Assembly: GCA_010909165.1 (NCBI GenBank)
Contig: VJWM01000108.1
Span: 248,001-312,000 of the forward strand
From: Anthoceros angustus
Lineage: Eukaryota; Plantae; Anthocerotophyta
Direction of reading: 5' to 3'
DNA length: 64,000 nt
Part shown: piece after piece, positions 13,312 to 25,557 of the stretch
How the letters are laid out: every line of letters begins with the position of its first letter
How positions within the stretch are numbered: the first letter of the stretch is position 1
Notes under the pieces: generated by a model
Databases searched by the model: none
Told to the model about the DNA's origin: nothing
What the model saw: only the letters and a program-made list of their open reading frames with translations
Translations under genes and position numbers: made by a program

Positions 13312-16300
13312 TTATTCCTGTTGTAATAGTTTCTCCTTCAAGGCAATCAGATAGGCACGGAGGCTATCTTCGCTCACAGTTGCATACTGCAGGCATAAGA
13401 GCCTCTGAGCGACATGATATTGCCTCCTAGTGGTGCCCTGTGATGGTACCAATTTCTCAGGCCTGGACTCCTGGAAAATTTTGAAAATCCAATTAATTCT
13501 TTCATTGTAGAAGTCGAGCTTCACATGCCCTGAGGGACGGTTACCTGCTGGTCCAGACATGCTGTAATCTGGCGAGCTTCTTCTAGTACCACTTCTGGAA
13601 GGCCCGTCGTTTCAGCTATAAGGAGTCCGTAGTGAGGAATATCTGTGCGTCCTTCTTTGAGCACGTACTGGAAAATTGCACTCCTGCAGAGGTTAGGTCT
13701 TTACTGCACTTTGAGCAGCCGCGGCATGGTGCAGATTTTTGAATACAGACCTGGAAGTTCAGATGTCGATCCTCCACAACAACAGAGAAGTAACACACTT
13801 TTACGCATGGGTATAACTCTGAGAGTTGCTCCAGCCGATGAAGGTGAGTTGCAAATATGGTGTACCTGCTTAGGGAAAGGAGTAAAAGGCCGTTCTTATA
13901 TCATCCCCTGGGGTTAGAGAAACAGCAAAGGGAGGAACAGGACCACTCACGATCTCAACGACAACAAGTACTCGCAGCAACTCCATGCTATTGCAAGGCC
14001 ATCGCAAGTTGAGGTGGCCCTTCCCAGTTCATCAATGACTATCAAACTCCTACACAAGAACATTTACAAGTGTATTAATATTTAACATAACGATATACCT
14101 ACCTGGAAGGTAAGTCTGCGAACGACTTGAAACTCCGAAATGGAGTGACGTGAACACCTTGAGGTAGCGTTTTGTAAGATGAAAGCAGTCTCGCGCATTT
14201 CCGTCTGGAACTGCAAGACGAAGGACGCATATGTAAGTACCTCCGGGATCAGCCCAAGGAAAATGCACGTCTCTATGGCGCACCAGATGAAGGACATTAG
14301 AAACTCATGGAATGGAGCAGGACAGAAGAACCACCGTGCTCAAATTGCTGTCCAGATCGTCCTTTGAGCCCAGTCGGGTGAACAGCCGATCAACAACACG
14401 AAAGGAAGCATACTTTGCCGGCACATAACAACCAATGTGAGCGAGGATTGTGAGCAAAGCAACCTGTCGTAGGTATGTGCTCTTCCCGCTCCTGGGAAAC
14501 AGCAAACAGAAACCGCTTAGCAGAATTCACATACAGCAATTCTTGGACTGCTTACCAACTCCGCCAGTAAGAGACATAAGTAACTTTGTTGGAAGTGAGA
14601 AACCAGAGCAAGCCTCACATATTAGGACCTGTAACAATCATTATGTTGGAAGCCTCCGCCAAGAACGTATTGTTCGGCTGAATATACACAGATGAAACTG
14701 CTAAGAAAATTGAACAACTAATGCCCTCTGAATCCACAGATGACAGTAGTATAATCGGTTGAAGGAGCACAGAACAACTAAGAAATTCTCTTACAACGAA
14801 ATCGTCTGGGTGCATTGTGTCCAGGATAGGGTGCCTCCCAGCCTCGATCGCAATGGGTCCATTCGCTGCATGGTCAAGGTGGGTTCATTTTTACCGTGTT
14901 CAGCCTTCCAGGTTTGGTCTGTTTAGGATGTACCTGTGAACTCCGGCCGAATGTAGCTGTTGTTTGGCTTGTCAAGCACTGTCTGAGCAAACGCATTGAC
15001 CATCACATCCAGGAGGGAAAGAGACTCAGAAAGAAGGATAAGGTGACGATTGTCTTCACGAATTCTGTTGGCCAAACCTGCAAGCAAGTAGGAAGTTTGC
15101 TAGCAGTTCCTCAAATAAGAGAGGGTCCCTCAGACATAGTTAGAAGCACACCTTCAAGACAGTGCTCTGTGCGCATGTAGCATTCTGCAGCTGCTTCCTT
15201 GTTCCTGATATTGAGCTGTTCGCCAGGGCAACAACTCAACAGCAAGCTCTTATGGTGGCAATAGGTCAACGTCACAATGTTGTCTGGTCATTGCCTACCG
15301 AATCCAGCTCATTTGTTGTGCAATTAACGCTTTTCCCTTGACGTTTCACCTGCCGACAGAAAAATGCTCTCGTGGGTGTTGAAATCCGGCAAAAAGTAGT
15401 GCCACCGAGCCTCACCTGAATGAATTTCTTGGGCAGCGTGACATGTTGCAGGTCTTTTGCAGGGATGCTAATGTAAAACCCACGTTTGTTGTTGAATGGC
15501 ATTTTGAGATTTGGCAGATTGAACTCCTCCCGGTATCGTTTCGCAACAGCATGAATTGCTGACAGTGAACAACGAGAGCAGCTGTGAGCAAAAATTCCGC
15601 AGACATTGAACTGTCTAGAAGTTGTACCTTCACTGGTGTCGCAGAAAGTCCGTCTGGCCACATCTAAGAAACCATCGACACCAGACCGTACAGCGAAGCA
15701 CTGCTGCGTGCGTGCCACAAAGGGCGCTTTAGAGTGCAACACTTCCTCGTCAATCACTTCGCTTATTCTGCATATGTTTGTTTGGTAGCGTCCCTGTCAG
15801 AACTGATTGACAGAAATCAGACAAGAAACCAAGTAGAGAGCATCTGCTGCTTCATAATCACAATTCCACCTATCACGCAAAGCAGTAACGCTGGTTCGTG
15901 AAACGGTCTTCATGATGTTGTAAAGCAAGGAGCATTTCGCGAGCTGAAGAACCTGGAGGGAGACATGAAATGGGGATGACGGCAGGGTTGGCAGGATAAA
16001 AAATCAAGTTCCCCGGTTCTTACCTCTAGCAGATCTGGCAGAAGGTCCATAGCTTCCTTCAGGAGTATAATACTGGCTACAACTGCCTGAGTTCTTTTGA
16101 TACTTGTGCTGGCCGCATCGTCACCCAGTTTTCTCGTCTTGAAGCAAAATTGGCAAAGTACCCGATCTAGTAGGCCGGCCTTGTACTGTCAGCTGAGTTG
16201 GGTTATTATTTGCTGGAAAAAATGTTAGGAAGAATCTGCCACCTACCAAGATCCTTCGGGAACTTATGGAAGAGCTGGGACAGCCCAAAGAATAACTTCT

Positions 16301-17810
16301 CGTTGGTTGTCAGTTCATCCTACATGTGCACAGATGTACATGATGTTGGTGTGGAAACAGCAGACAATGTGAACGGAAGAAATCCTTCGGCCAAAGTGTT
16401 CGGAAAGAAAAGCCTCCCCCAGCTTTACTTTCAATGCTTCCTGACCGACGCATTTGCAAAGGGCTGAGAGACTGCGACGGGATGGTTACCAAACAATCCA
16501 GCCTGGTATTGATAGTCTCCATGTCTTTTAGGGGCTGGAGTAAACTTGCTCTCAGAAGGAGCTTCCTGCACGCACGAGCAATGTGAGTCGGGTGGGAGGG
16601 AGATGAAAAATATGGCTGGACTTCGTCGAGAATATTACCCCCCCACCGTGCGTGTAGTGTTGAGCATGCCGAAAAGGCTACACCGTTTTAATCCTGGTAG
16701 ACTAGAAATGGGGCCCAGATTCTCCATTACTTCCAAATTTTGCACACTGACAGCAAGCATAATTTCAACATTGAGATGGTACAGGCAAGTCAAAGGTGGT
16801 AGGCAGTATTCCAACGAGGTAAATCACTGCAAACCTCGTCCTGTCAAGGTTCATATGGTCACAAGATCGGTTGAAAGTTATCTGCGCACGGAAAGTAAAC
16901 AGAGTCAGCTGGCCAACAAGGTTGAAGGTCCAGACCAAGAAACAGCACTACGGTTATGTATGAAGCACGCACCTGCAAGGACTGCCTGCTGATTGCCAGG
17001 CCCTTGTCACTTCCAACCCTTCATAGACATCGTTTAGTTACAGAGTGAAGCAGCACAGGGCCAGAAAGCTTAACGGTGCACTCAAAGCCAGATGCAAAAT
17101 ATCGTGAGATGGTTAATCATGTCACCATTTCACAAGTGCAGCAGCTGCTGCCAAACACAGATAGTACTCCTTCTGATAGATGTCCACGCTAACCAAGGTG
17201 GCCTCGTTAGCTGCCAGGTCTTGCACTATCAGCACTCCCTGCAGCAATCCATGGCCTCAAAAGCAGTTCTGAACAGACTGAAATTCTTCCCAAATCCATC
17301 AACATCCGCCATCAGAACGTAGCCAACCTTAGTATCATCGAAGAAACTTCGAGGAAGAGTAACCTGCGAGAGAAATTCCAAGGATCGGTTCTCGAGGGGG
17401 AAGTCAGAAACGAAGAAATGTTTCGGAACTCCGCTCACCTGCTTAGCATGCGGAACAATTCGGTCCACGATTGCAGGAATCCCAGCCATGCCATTCGGAA
17501 CGCCTTGGTCTGCCGGGGTGATCAATTCGGAAGGATTGTAGAAGTGCAAGAGAGTCAGAGTGTTCTGATACGACCGGCTGAGCTCTATGAATTGCGACAG
17601 GTGGAATGCAGCACTCCGCAGATCCAGAGCAGCGATTCCGACCTGCCATTGCCAAAGGTGTGAGCAATCTGCAAAATTCAAACGCCATTGCGCGGGAAAA
17701 ACAGCTTCTTCTCAGGAGCTCAAGAGCGCACGGCCGGATTCCACCTCCTTGGCCTTGTTCTGGATGATGGCCACTATGAAGTGGTTGCGCTCCTGGTGTG
17801 GCTCCTCCAT
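13312..17810 (-). CDS. MSH4: MutS homolog 4 (meiotic ZMM crossover protein), about 20 or more short exons
   Basis: N-terminus [22 protein letters not shown]|[28 protein letters not shown] (MSH4-type). Also [21 protein letters not shown], Walker [43 protein letters not shown] and YGLLIAE. Stop TAA at 13314-13312. Confidence 0.93.
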
Positions 17811-17818
17811 CGAAGAAA

Positions 17819-17826
17819 GCGCCAAA
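17819..17826 (-). promoter_or_regulatory. E2F consensus site (TTTGGCGC) in the 89-bp MSH4/FANCE spacer
   Basis: Exact TTTSSCGS match on the minus strand between two DNA recombination/repair genes; function is inferred. Confidence 0.45.
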
Positions 17827-17899
17827 ATTTCGAGCTCCGAGCTGCGTCCAGGGTTTAATCAAATGATGTTCTGAGAGCAAGACACTGCAGAATGGGACA

Positions 17900-19722
17900 A
17901 TGGCATTCTGGCAGCAGGAATGCCAGGCGCTGTTGGAGCTACTAGTGTCGTCCCAGTCGCCAGTTGGAGCCGCTGTGTGCTGGTTGCGCACGCATGGTCG
18001 GACCGGTGTGAGGGGAAACAGCAGCAGCGTCGGCGGCATCTGGAGGTTTGTGCCTGATGTGCTTGCGAAGGAGGTTGTGTTTCTCGAGGAATCGCAGGGG
18101 ACTGGAGGCAGGGGCACAGTAGGCAAGTACGCTCCTGTGCGTAATTTTGCTGAATGCTGGATTGCATGTTGGATGTTGCATTTTGGATGTTGGATGAATT
18201 TTGCTGAATGTTGGATTGCATGTTATCTGAATGTTGCTAGCTAAGGCGTTCTGGTGCAGCTGCCTGTGGCTCCAGACTCTTCCAGCGGGAGTTCAAGCTG
18301 ATGTTCTTACCTTTCTGGCAACGGAGCATGCGAGGTTCAGGCGCAAGGACCTGGAGCTGCTTGCGAAGCAAGTGCTGAGCGCAGGCAGTGTGGATTATTG
18401 GGTGAGCCGGGCTGCTCACGTTTTGCTGATCACAATTTCGGCAGGTGTGACCTTGGTAGACAGCCTGTTTTTTTTCTGCTTGCTGCGTGTTGCTTTTATT
18501 GTGTTTCCCTGTTGTGATTGAGCTGTGTTTTCCAGCAGAGGAGGCTGTTGCAAATGTTGAAGAGTCGAACTATGCACTGCCGGGTTGGCTTCTGGAGTCA
18601 GCAGCAGTGCACGGTGCTCTTTTTGACTGGCTGCCTTTACCGCCTAAAGGATCTGTTGCCCAAAAGCCTGCAGAGCATCACGATGGGGAGATAAGTGAGG
18701 CCTCTGGGAAACGAAGGAAAGTGCAGTATGGAAGCAACATCCAGGCTGAACTTGGCCAATGTAGCACCGGGCAGGCAGTCGATGTCCCTGTGGATATGGA
18801 AGTAAATGGAGGAGGTGCTCAAGAAGGGGATCAAGAGCATGCAGGCATTGTCAATGTGGTTCCTGGGGATAATGAAGAGCTTGCAGACAGGACGCATGAG
18901 GAACTTCTGGGAGCTGAGGTCTTCAGGCGAGCAACGTCTCTCAGGGAGACACTGCTATCCCCTCAACTCGTATCCTGCCACAGTGAGAGGCTAAAACAAG
19001 ATGTGGAGCTGTTTCGCTTGGTTTCTCATGTGGGCGTTCTGCTGAGAGTGCTAAGGCCTTGGGAGTTTGATGACGACGTGACGTTGTCCCTGGTGGGCAG
19101 TTTGTTGGGGGATGAGGAGGGCTATGCTTGGTCCACACAGATAATGAGCTCAGTCATCCTTCCCAAGCTTCTCAACTTGTCACAGCCGGCTTCCAGGCTA
19201 CTGCTCATGGCAGTGCTGCAAGCCGCTAAGTCGCATCCTAGAGGCTCGGTGGACTCCATCCTGGTGCCTCTCCTTTATTCAAAGCAGGGGGCCTCCAACC
19301 TGCAGTGTGAGGTCATCAACAGAGTAGTCGTGGAGTGCATGACCTTATCTTCTATTAGTCTGTTTATAAGGAACCTCTTCAAACTAGAGGTTGGGCAACA
19401 CTCCTATCCCTCATCCTCTCACCTGAAGGAAGGTTGTGGGACACTGGTTTGGACTGAGCCCATGGTCGGGGTCTTGCAGAGCATCCTTAACTTCCGGGGC
19501 CTGTCTCTGGAGCAGGATATCACAGATGCTTTGGTCTTGTCACTTCATGACGTAGCTGATCAGTTTGCAGGATCGCTGAAGTTTGGTAACTTGTTGCTGA
19601 ATTTGGTTAGCAGACACGGTTCCCAGCTGAACCCGTCTCAAGTCAGGACGTTGCACCAGGTGGCGGAAAGGACCAGCACATTCCTGACCAAGTCCCTAAT
19701 CGCTAAGTTAAACAAGTTGTGA
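17900..19722 (+). CDS. FANCE: Fanconi anemia group E protein homolog, 3 exons: 17900-~18122/18126, ~18241/18260-18444, 18536/18539-19722
   Basis: The C-terminal helical region WTEPMVGVLQSIL...SLKFGNLLLNLVSRHGSQLNPSQVRTLHQVAERTSTFLTKSLIAKL aligns by eye with the FANCE C-terminus (TFLRKSL motif). The splice sites of intron 1 are ambiguous. Confidence 0.8.
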
Positions 19723-19960
19723 ACATCATTTGAATGTTCGTCATGCACCAGATAAACATGCACTTAAGGAACGGTGGGATGAGCAGCTTACTACCACAGC
19801 AGCAGCTTGCAAACAATAAGCAAGCTTCGTTTCTGGTCGATCTATCAGCCCACGAGTGTGGTAGTTCTGCTAGGTTGGTCGACGGCTTGTGGTTGCGATG
19901 CATTTGTCAGAACACACTCGGATGGTTGGTGTAGGGTTTTAGATCCTCTCCAGGGATGTA

Positions 19961-20173
19961 ATCCTTGGAGGAGTGTGGTTAGTTTCCAACATGTAAGCAA
20001 TTTGTGAAGTCGCAGAATGCACCCATTTCATCAGAAAAGGATGCCTCAATGACTTCGGGTCGTTAAATTACATCCCTGGAGGAGTGTGGTTAGTTTCCAA
20101 CATGTAAGCAATTTGTGAAGTCGCAGAATGCATCCATTTCATCAGAAAAGGATGCCCTCAATGACTTCGGGTC
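19961..20173. repeat. Two tandem ~101-bp copies (period 111 bp), each with an internal hairpin
   Basis: Copies at 19961-20061 and 20072-20173 are nearly identical. Each has a GAAGTC...GACTTC outer stem and a GCA(C/T)CCATTT...AAAAGGATGC inner stem. Confidence 0.9.
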
Positions 20174-20195
20174 AGACTATGATATAGGTCCCTAC

Positions 20196-20239
20196 TCAAA
20201 ATGGAGCCAGCTTTCATCAAAGCAAGGGCTCCATTTTGA
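20196..20239. other. Perfect 13-bp inverted repeat forming a hairpin
   Basis: TCAAAATGGAGCC (20196-20208) pairs with GGCTCCATTTTGA (20227-20239). The loop contains a further GCTTT/AAAGC stem. Confidence 0.8.
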
Positions 20240-20669
20240 AAGCCCTTGGCTGTACGTGCTATACACATTATGCAACTAGGTATCTTTAGCAGATATGCTA
20301 AAATTGCTTGCCACGCTTATACCTCTTGTAGGTAGTTATCTTTTGTTATGTCTATTGAATTTGACGCCATTCAGTCATACTCTTTATCTCCCCTACTCTT
20401 TATGTAAATTTTGCCATCCATCTATGGCCATGGTTTTTTTCTCCCTCACTTACCCTACTCTTTACTATTTTACAGCTTAAGCCTTACATCTTTCGCCATG
20501 GGGTTTTTTTGAATTCGTGAAAAATAGCTCCTGATGCGCATACACATCATCCAACCATCTCCCCTGAGAAAAACAAAACCTGGTACTGGCAGACGGAACG
20601 AGAAGCAGCGTGGTCTGCGTGGCTCTACAGGAAACAGGGTTCGCTGTTGTAACTGTGAAAGCCCCCTTC

Positions 20670-20744
20670 CTCTCATTCATGTTCTTCCCTCTCATTCATG
20701 TTCTTCCCTCTCATTCATGTTCTTCCCTCTCATTCATGTTCTTT
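20670..20744. repeat. 19-bp minisatellite (CTCTCATTCATGTTCTTCC) x4
   Basis: Read directly from the sequence. Confidence 0.95.
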
Positions 20745-22199
20745 CAGGCTAGTACCTCTCAATCAGGCCCTTCAAAGCAAAGAGGATATACAGTGGCTTC
20801 GTGCCCTTACATGCAAAGAGGATGTACCGTGGCTTTCCCGGGAATGACGAGACCAGTGCTACCTGCCCGCTCATCCAGTATAACCACGACTGCTTTCTCT
20901 TGCACCAAAGCCATTAAACCATTGGATACGATAAAAGGTTTAGAACCAACCCATGGTATTGGTAATAGGTGCTGACGCTACGGCTATGAAACACGACTAT
21001 CCACACTGCAGTTTACCGAAGTCTAAGGAAATAGAGGCTCAGACAGCCAAGAGAGTTTCTTCAAGTTTGGATAACCAAATCAGAAACTCTAGTCCGAAAC
21101 ACTTGATATCATCACAGCCATATTCGTCCTTGACACCGAAAGGAAATAGATCATGCCCTCAGAGACCCGTGTGAAATCATCCGCTGACTGCTGCTACACT
21201 TCTACCAAGCTACTCCCAGGATCAATTCCAAGGTACTGATCACAGACCACCCAACGTTCCAGATGGAACCGGTGGTAGGCCTGGGGCTCGGTTACGAGCT
21301 CACTGCGAAAGCTTAATATTAGGAACACATCAGCCAGCTTTAAGTGTCATACGGCACTTCCTATCTGGGCTACTGTCATCGCAGGGCAACAAACCCTAAT
21401 ACAAAACCTAATCTTCGAGGACAGATCCTACAGTAAAACCTAAGGTCCATAAGCGGGCAGAGATGTAATCACCAGAAATTGGCACCATGAACAACAGCAT
21501 AAGCACTGCACATAGCTTCCTATCAAGAAGGTGAAACCTTCGCTATAGCCCACCCCTGACGTGAGAGGTCATAGCCGAAGCTACCACTGCCGTGGCAGGG
21601 CGGGCGACATTAACAGCATGCTTACAAATCAAATAGCCTCCGCCAGCCGTGTTCGCAGCATATGAACTACCATAGGTAGCCATCAGCCGGTAATTCCAAA
21701 TTCAAGTTCGTCCTCGGCTCGACTTCTATCTAAACACGCTCGACCAAAACATGGACAGCCAAGATCAGTGCCAGCTATGTGACACTACAACATCCATCGA
21801 CAGTCCTACACTACACAGCACAAAAACGAATCGTACAGCATCCGCAACAAGCAGTAGCGGCATAACAATTACCATACGTAGACCTCAGAGGGTACTGCCA
21901 GTACCAGGCTCGTCCTCCACACAATAGACCCCAGGACTCCTACCGCACACAGCAAACAAAGAGAGCGCACAAGCTCGACGACGGAAGAGACCGATGCAGA
22001 GAACAAAAAGATGAACAATAGGCCTTTAATAAGCCGTCCGAAACTTAGGGTTAGGGCTACAGCCTAGGGTTTGCGTTCAAGGAACCAGCCTCCTTCCAAA
22101 CGAAGAAACAAACCTTCCGTGATGCATAGGAGAGACAACAACAAAAAAGCGTTGATGCCATTTGTGGATCGAGTTCATTCCTGGCGAGAAAATGGGGAA

Positions 22200-22544
22200 T
22201 CAGGTACTGCTAAAGCGCAGAACTTCAATCTCGAAGACAAGCACAGAGTTGGGCTGGATGCCCCATTCCGGGAAGCCGGAGGGCCCGTAGGCGAAATCCG
22301 GGGTGCAGGTGAGGCGGGCCACCTCGCCCATCTGCATGCCCAGCACGCCCTCATCCCATCCCTTGATGACGCGCCCCTGGCCGACCTTGAACACGAATGC
22401 CTGCTGGCCGGGGTCTTTGGTGCTCCAAAACTTCTTGCTCAGATCGCCATTCTTCCCGAAGCCCGTGCAGTGCACTGTGACCGTGTCCCCGACCCGAGGC
22501 TTGGGCCCGTAGCCTTCCTTGATGATTTCCTTCTGCACGCCCAT
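22200..22544 (-). CDS. FKBP12: FK506-binding peptidyl-prolyl isomerase FKBP12, plant type, intronless CDS
   Basis: MGVQKEIIKEG...VTVHCTGFGK...FWSTKDPGQ..F.FKVGQGRVIKGWDEGVLGMQMGEVARL.CTPDFAYG..GFPEWGIQPNSVLVFEIEVL, including the two plant-specific Cys. Confidence 0.96.
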   Translation of the reverse strand: MGVQKEIIKEGYGPKPRVGDTVTVHCTGFGKNGDLSKKFWSTKDPGQQAFVFKVGQGRVIKGWDEGVLGMQMGEVARLTCTPDFAYGPSGFPEWGIQPNSVLVFEIEVLRFSST

Positions 22545-23413
22545 GCTTGGAACCGGTGGATGGCACTCTCACACGCTTGCCTCAGCCCCTGCACTGTCGT
22601 CTCCTGCTGCAAACTGGACTTCCTCAAATTTGTGCACACAAGATCGGCTTCTTCTCCTGGGCTGCCCAATAAGGTGGCAAGATTTTATCGAAGTTTATAA
22701 ATCAGGAAATAGCCGCCAGCGCACCCGCACTTCTCGAATGGTCAGGAAGCTTGAACTGGTACTCTCAGGCAGAGAAGAAGTGGAGACGGGCAGAGGCAAC
22801 TTCTTTGCTTAGGTCGTGGTCCTCAGAGCAACAATGCTAGCTGGCCAGAGTAACGTATCAATGGGGATCTGATGGAATCTTGGAATGACAGCTTAACACT
22901 TGCAGTAGCCCCTTAGAGGTTTCTATACAGGACCATTGTTGGAAATCAAAAACCAGGGAGGCAATTCTGTCCCAGAAAACAATTCGTTTGCAAAGCAGGA
23001 AAGCACTTCGTTATGGTTCCACAATCAGGAACGTGAACGCTGAGCAGCTGGCCAAGTGCAAAAACCCTGCATTGCAAGAAGTCTGCAAGCACAAGGCAGT
23101 ATTGGATCTAAAAACTACAGAAAACTAGGGAAAGCAGCACAGTTCCCAAATCAGGGTTGTAAAATGCGCCAGCTGCGAGCATACTGTTTGACAGATGTTT
23201 ACCAAGAAATCGAGTCATGGAATGCTCAGCTGAGTGGCCACAGGACCAGCCTATAGGACGCGCTGGCATACCACCCACTATAAGAGGGAAAGGAAATAGC
23301 CTAACAGCTGCCAACTAAGGTGAAACTGTTACATAAATTCAAAATCGTCGGCTGGAACAACCAGTTATGAACACAACAACTTGTCACAAGCAGCAGGGAC
23401 GTGGAGCTGCCAA

Positions 23414-24173
23414 CTAGAAGGTGGATCCCTCTGGCGGCTGCTGCAATTTCCTGTTAGGAGTGGTGGCCATCTCCCGCTTGAGTTCAGTGAGAATGTTCTC
23501 CATCGTGTACTCTCGTCGCCACTGAGCTAGCATGTTGAAGTGCCTAGGGTCGACCTGCAACCAGCAAGGCACACACCTGGATCAGTGCTGCCCGAGCCAC
23601 GACACAGCAAACAACAACCAGCACAAACCAGAGCAGTACAGCAGGCTCACCACGCCAGTATCTTGATTCACGCATGTCATGTTTATTCGTGAGTGGAACC
23701 TCACGCTGGGAGGCCTGTCAGGGTAATCCTTGTCGCAAAACAGCTTCACAGTGTAGATTCGTCCCTCGTGCACAGACTGCAAAATCACGGATCATCAGCA
23801 CCTGCCAAAGATGCAGCATCCGTGGAAGAAGGCATTCCAAGGATCAGGCAAGCCAGCCAGCCAGCCTACACACTCACACTGTTGGGACCAATTATGGTGC
23901 CAGTCCAGGAGCGCATAAACACGTCGTCGCCGTCGTCCATGCCGTAGCTCACCGTGCCATCGCCAATTCCCTTCTCACCTCGCTCCAGCTCCTCCAGCAG
24001 GCGGAAATTCCTGGGAACTGCAGCAGAGCAAGACGAGGGAGGGATGCGCCAACCCTGGTTCTCAGAGACGCACGCAAGCCGGATCCCGGCGCCTGGCCCT
24101 GGCGCGTTCCGTTACCCTTGCAAGCACAAACGCGAGAGCACGTACCAACCACGGACGACGCGCCTGTTGTCAT
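23414..24173 (-). CDS. UEV1: Ubiquitin-conjugating enzyme variant UEV1/MMS2, 4 exons: 24173-24146, 24017-23878, 23776-23651, 23554-23414
   Basis: [34 protein letters not shown]...[42 protein letters not shown]...QPPEGSTF*. Introns are GT-AG and in frame. Confidence 0.96.
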
Positions 24174-24383
24174 AGCGGCGAGACGAGGCCAGCGGAAGGG
24201 CTCGCTGCCCTTGCTCCCTTCTCCACTCTTTGCTCGCTCGCTCTCTCGAAGCCTTCGCTTCTGCTGCCGCCAAACCCTCACACAGCGGCGATGGCAACCC
24301 GATTTTGTACGTTTTTCGACCCTCCTTCCCATACAATATATTTGTATCTATCCCATTTCCGGCTAATTCGACTCTGGACCGCC

Positions 24384-25395
24384 ATGCTGCTCGCCTTCCC
24401 AGCTACCGAAGGTAGCGGCCCTTCCTCGCTCGGCGACCGCTCACATGCCCATGCCGACCTTGCCCATGCCCATGGAGGATGGAGCTTGCTTTTTCGTGAT
24501 GACTGAATGCTGAAAGAATGTCTCGCTCCTCAAGATCTCATTTCCTTCCCTCGTCCCGAGCATGCAGCAATGCCAGCCAGCGGCCCTCGTGTCGAGGGAA
24601 GCAATTCTAATTCTCGTCTTCTTCTTGTAATTTGCACGTGGAGAGGAGTGCAGAGTTGTGAGAAATCTTGGGACTCCAATGTAGTTGCAAGCAATGTGTT
24701 GATGTGTAACAGGATTGTTCCTGGCTTGGTTGTCGTATAGGCTTCGAGCAGGTTGTGTGTCCTGACGAAGAAGAGCTAGTAGGAAGGCAAATTTGTTGAG
24801 TAGGAACAAATTTATTGAAGTCCAGCAAGGGTGGAGGGTCACCATAAGACTGATGTAGGTACACAAGGAATAAAAAGAGTGTTCTGCAATGCCCTGTCAG
24901 AGGAAACACTTTCCCGTACATGTAACAGCTTGTGAGGGACATGTTGTTGAAAATGACGCTTCTTCTCTGCTTTCCAGATGGAGAAGTGTGCGTCTTCTAC
25001 AAGCCTTCGATGAAGATGGATGTAAGTGTATGACCTTTATGATCAGCCTGCTGGGAGAAGGGGTGAGCTAAGCTTGTTGCACACACGTAGTGACATTCAG
25101 TCAGTCATCCTCTTCCCGAAGCTACCCCACTGCACATCCAGATTATTAGGAATCCCTTGAGGCGATGGCAGTGCTGCAACTCATCAACATGGACTGCCTG
25201 CCTAGCACAAGTGTTGTTTCCCAGTCCAGGAAGGAAGGAAGGAAGGACACAGGAAAGGCCTGGACATGGGAAGGCAGGGGGTTGAGCTTCCTTTTCCTGA
25301 GAGAGCACGACGACGTCAGTGCAAAGCAGGCGCTGATCGCAGCGCTAAGCATGCGAGCGTGGCAGGCAGCGAGGATCGATATACTTGGAAAGTGA
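24384..25395 (+). other. Possible short multi-exon gene divergent from UEV1 (unresolved)
   Basis: GT-AG sites allow the in-frame splice MLLAFPATE|GLFLAWLSYRLRA|VQQGWRVTIRL|IWRSVRLLQAFDEDG. I could not join this to a final exon without a stop, and I recognise no family. Confidence 0.25.
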
Positions 25396-25557
25396 TGGAC
25401 GGGTGTTCCGAGGAGTGGCGACGTACATACATGGGCAAGTGCGAGCCGATGCTGCAGCAGAGCGGAGTGCCCACATGACATGATCCGCACTTGGGTGTCA
25501 GGTATGTTGCGCAGACGAGGAGCTGGGGAGCGAGAAGGCGGACGGCGGGTTGTGGGG

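Noticed and set aside
18123-18259. Apparent GC-AG intron in FANCE (GCAAGT donor at 18123, acceptor 18240)
   Set aside because: A canonical GT-AG alternative (donor 18127, acceptor 18259) also keeps the frame, so the non-canonical call is unsupported without cDNA.
20579-21908. 14-bp inverted match CCTGGTACTGGCAG as possible TIRs of an element
   Set aside because: No TSD or transposase between the matches, and one such match is plausible by chance in a window this size.
20745-22070. TE-like non-coding stretch between FANCE and FKBP12
   Set aside because: It looks repetitive or TE-derived, but I found no diagnostic protein motif, terminus or paired repeat.
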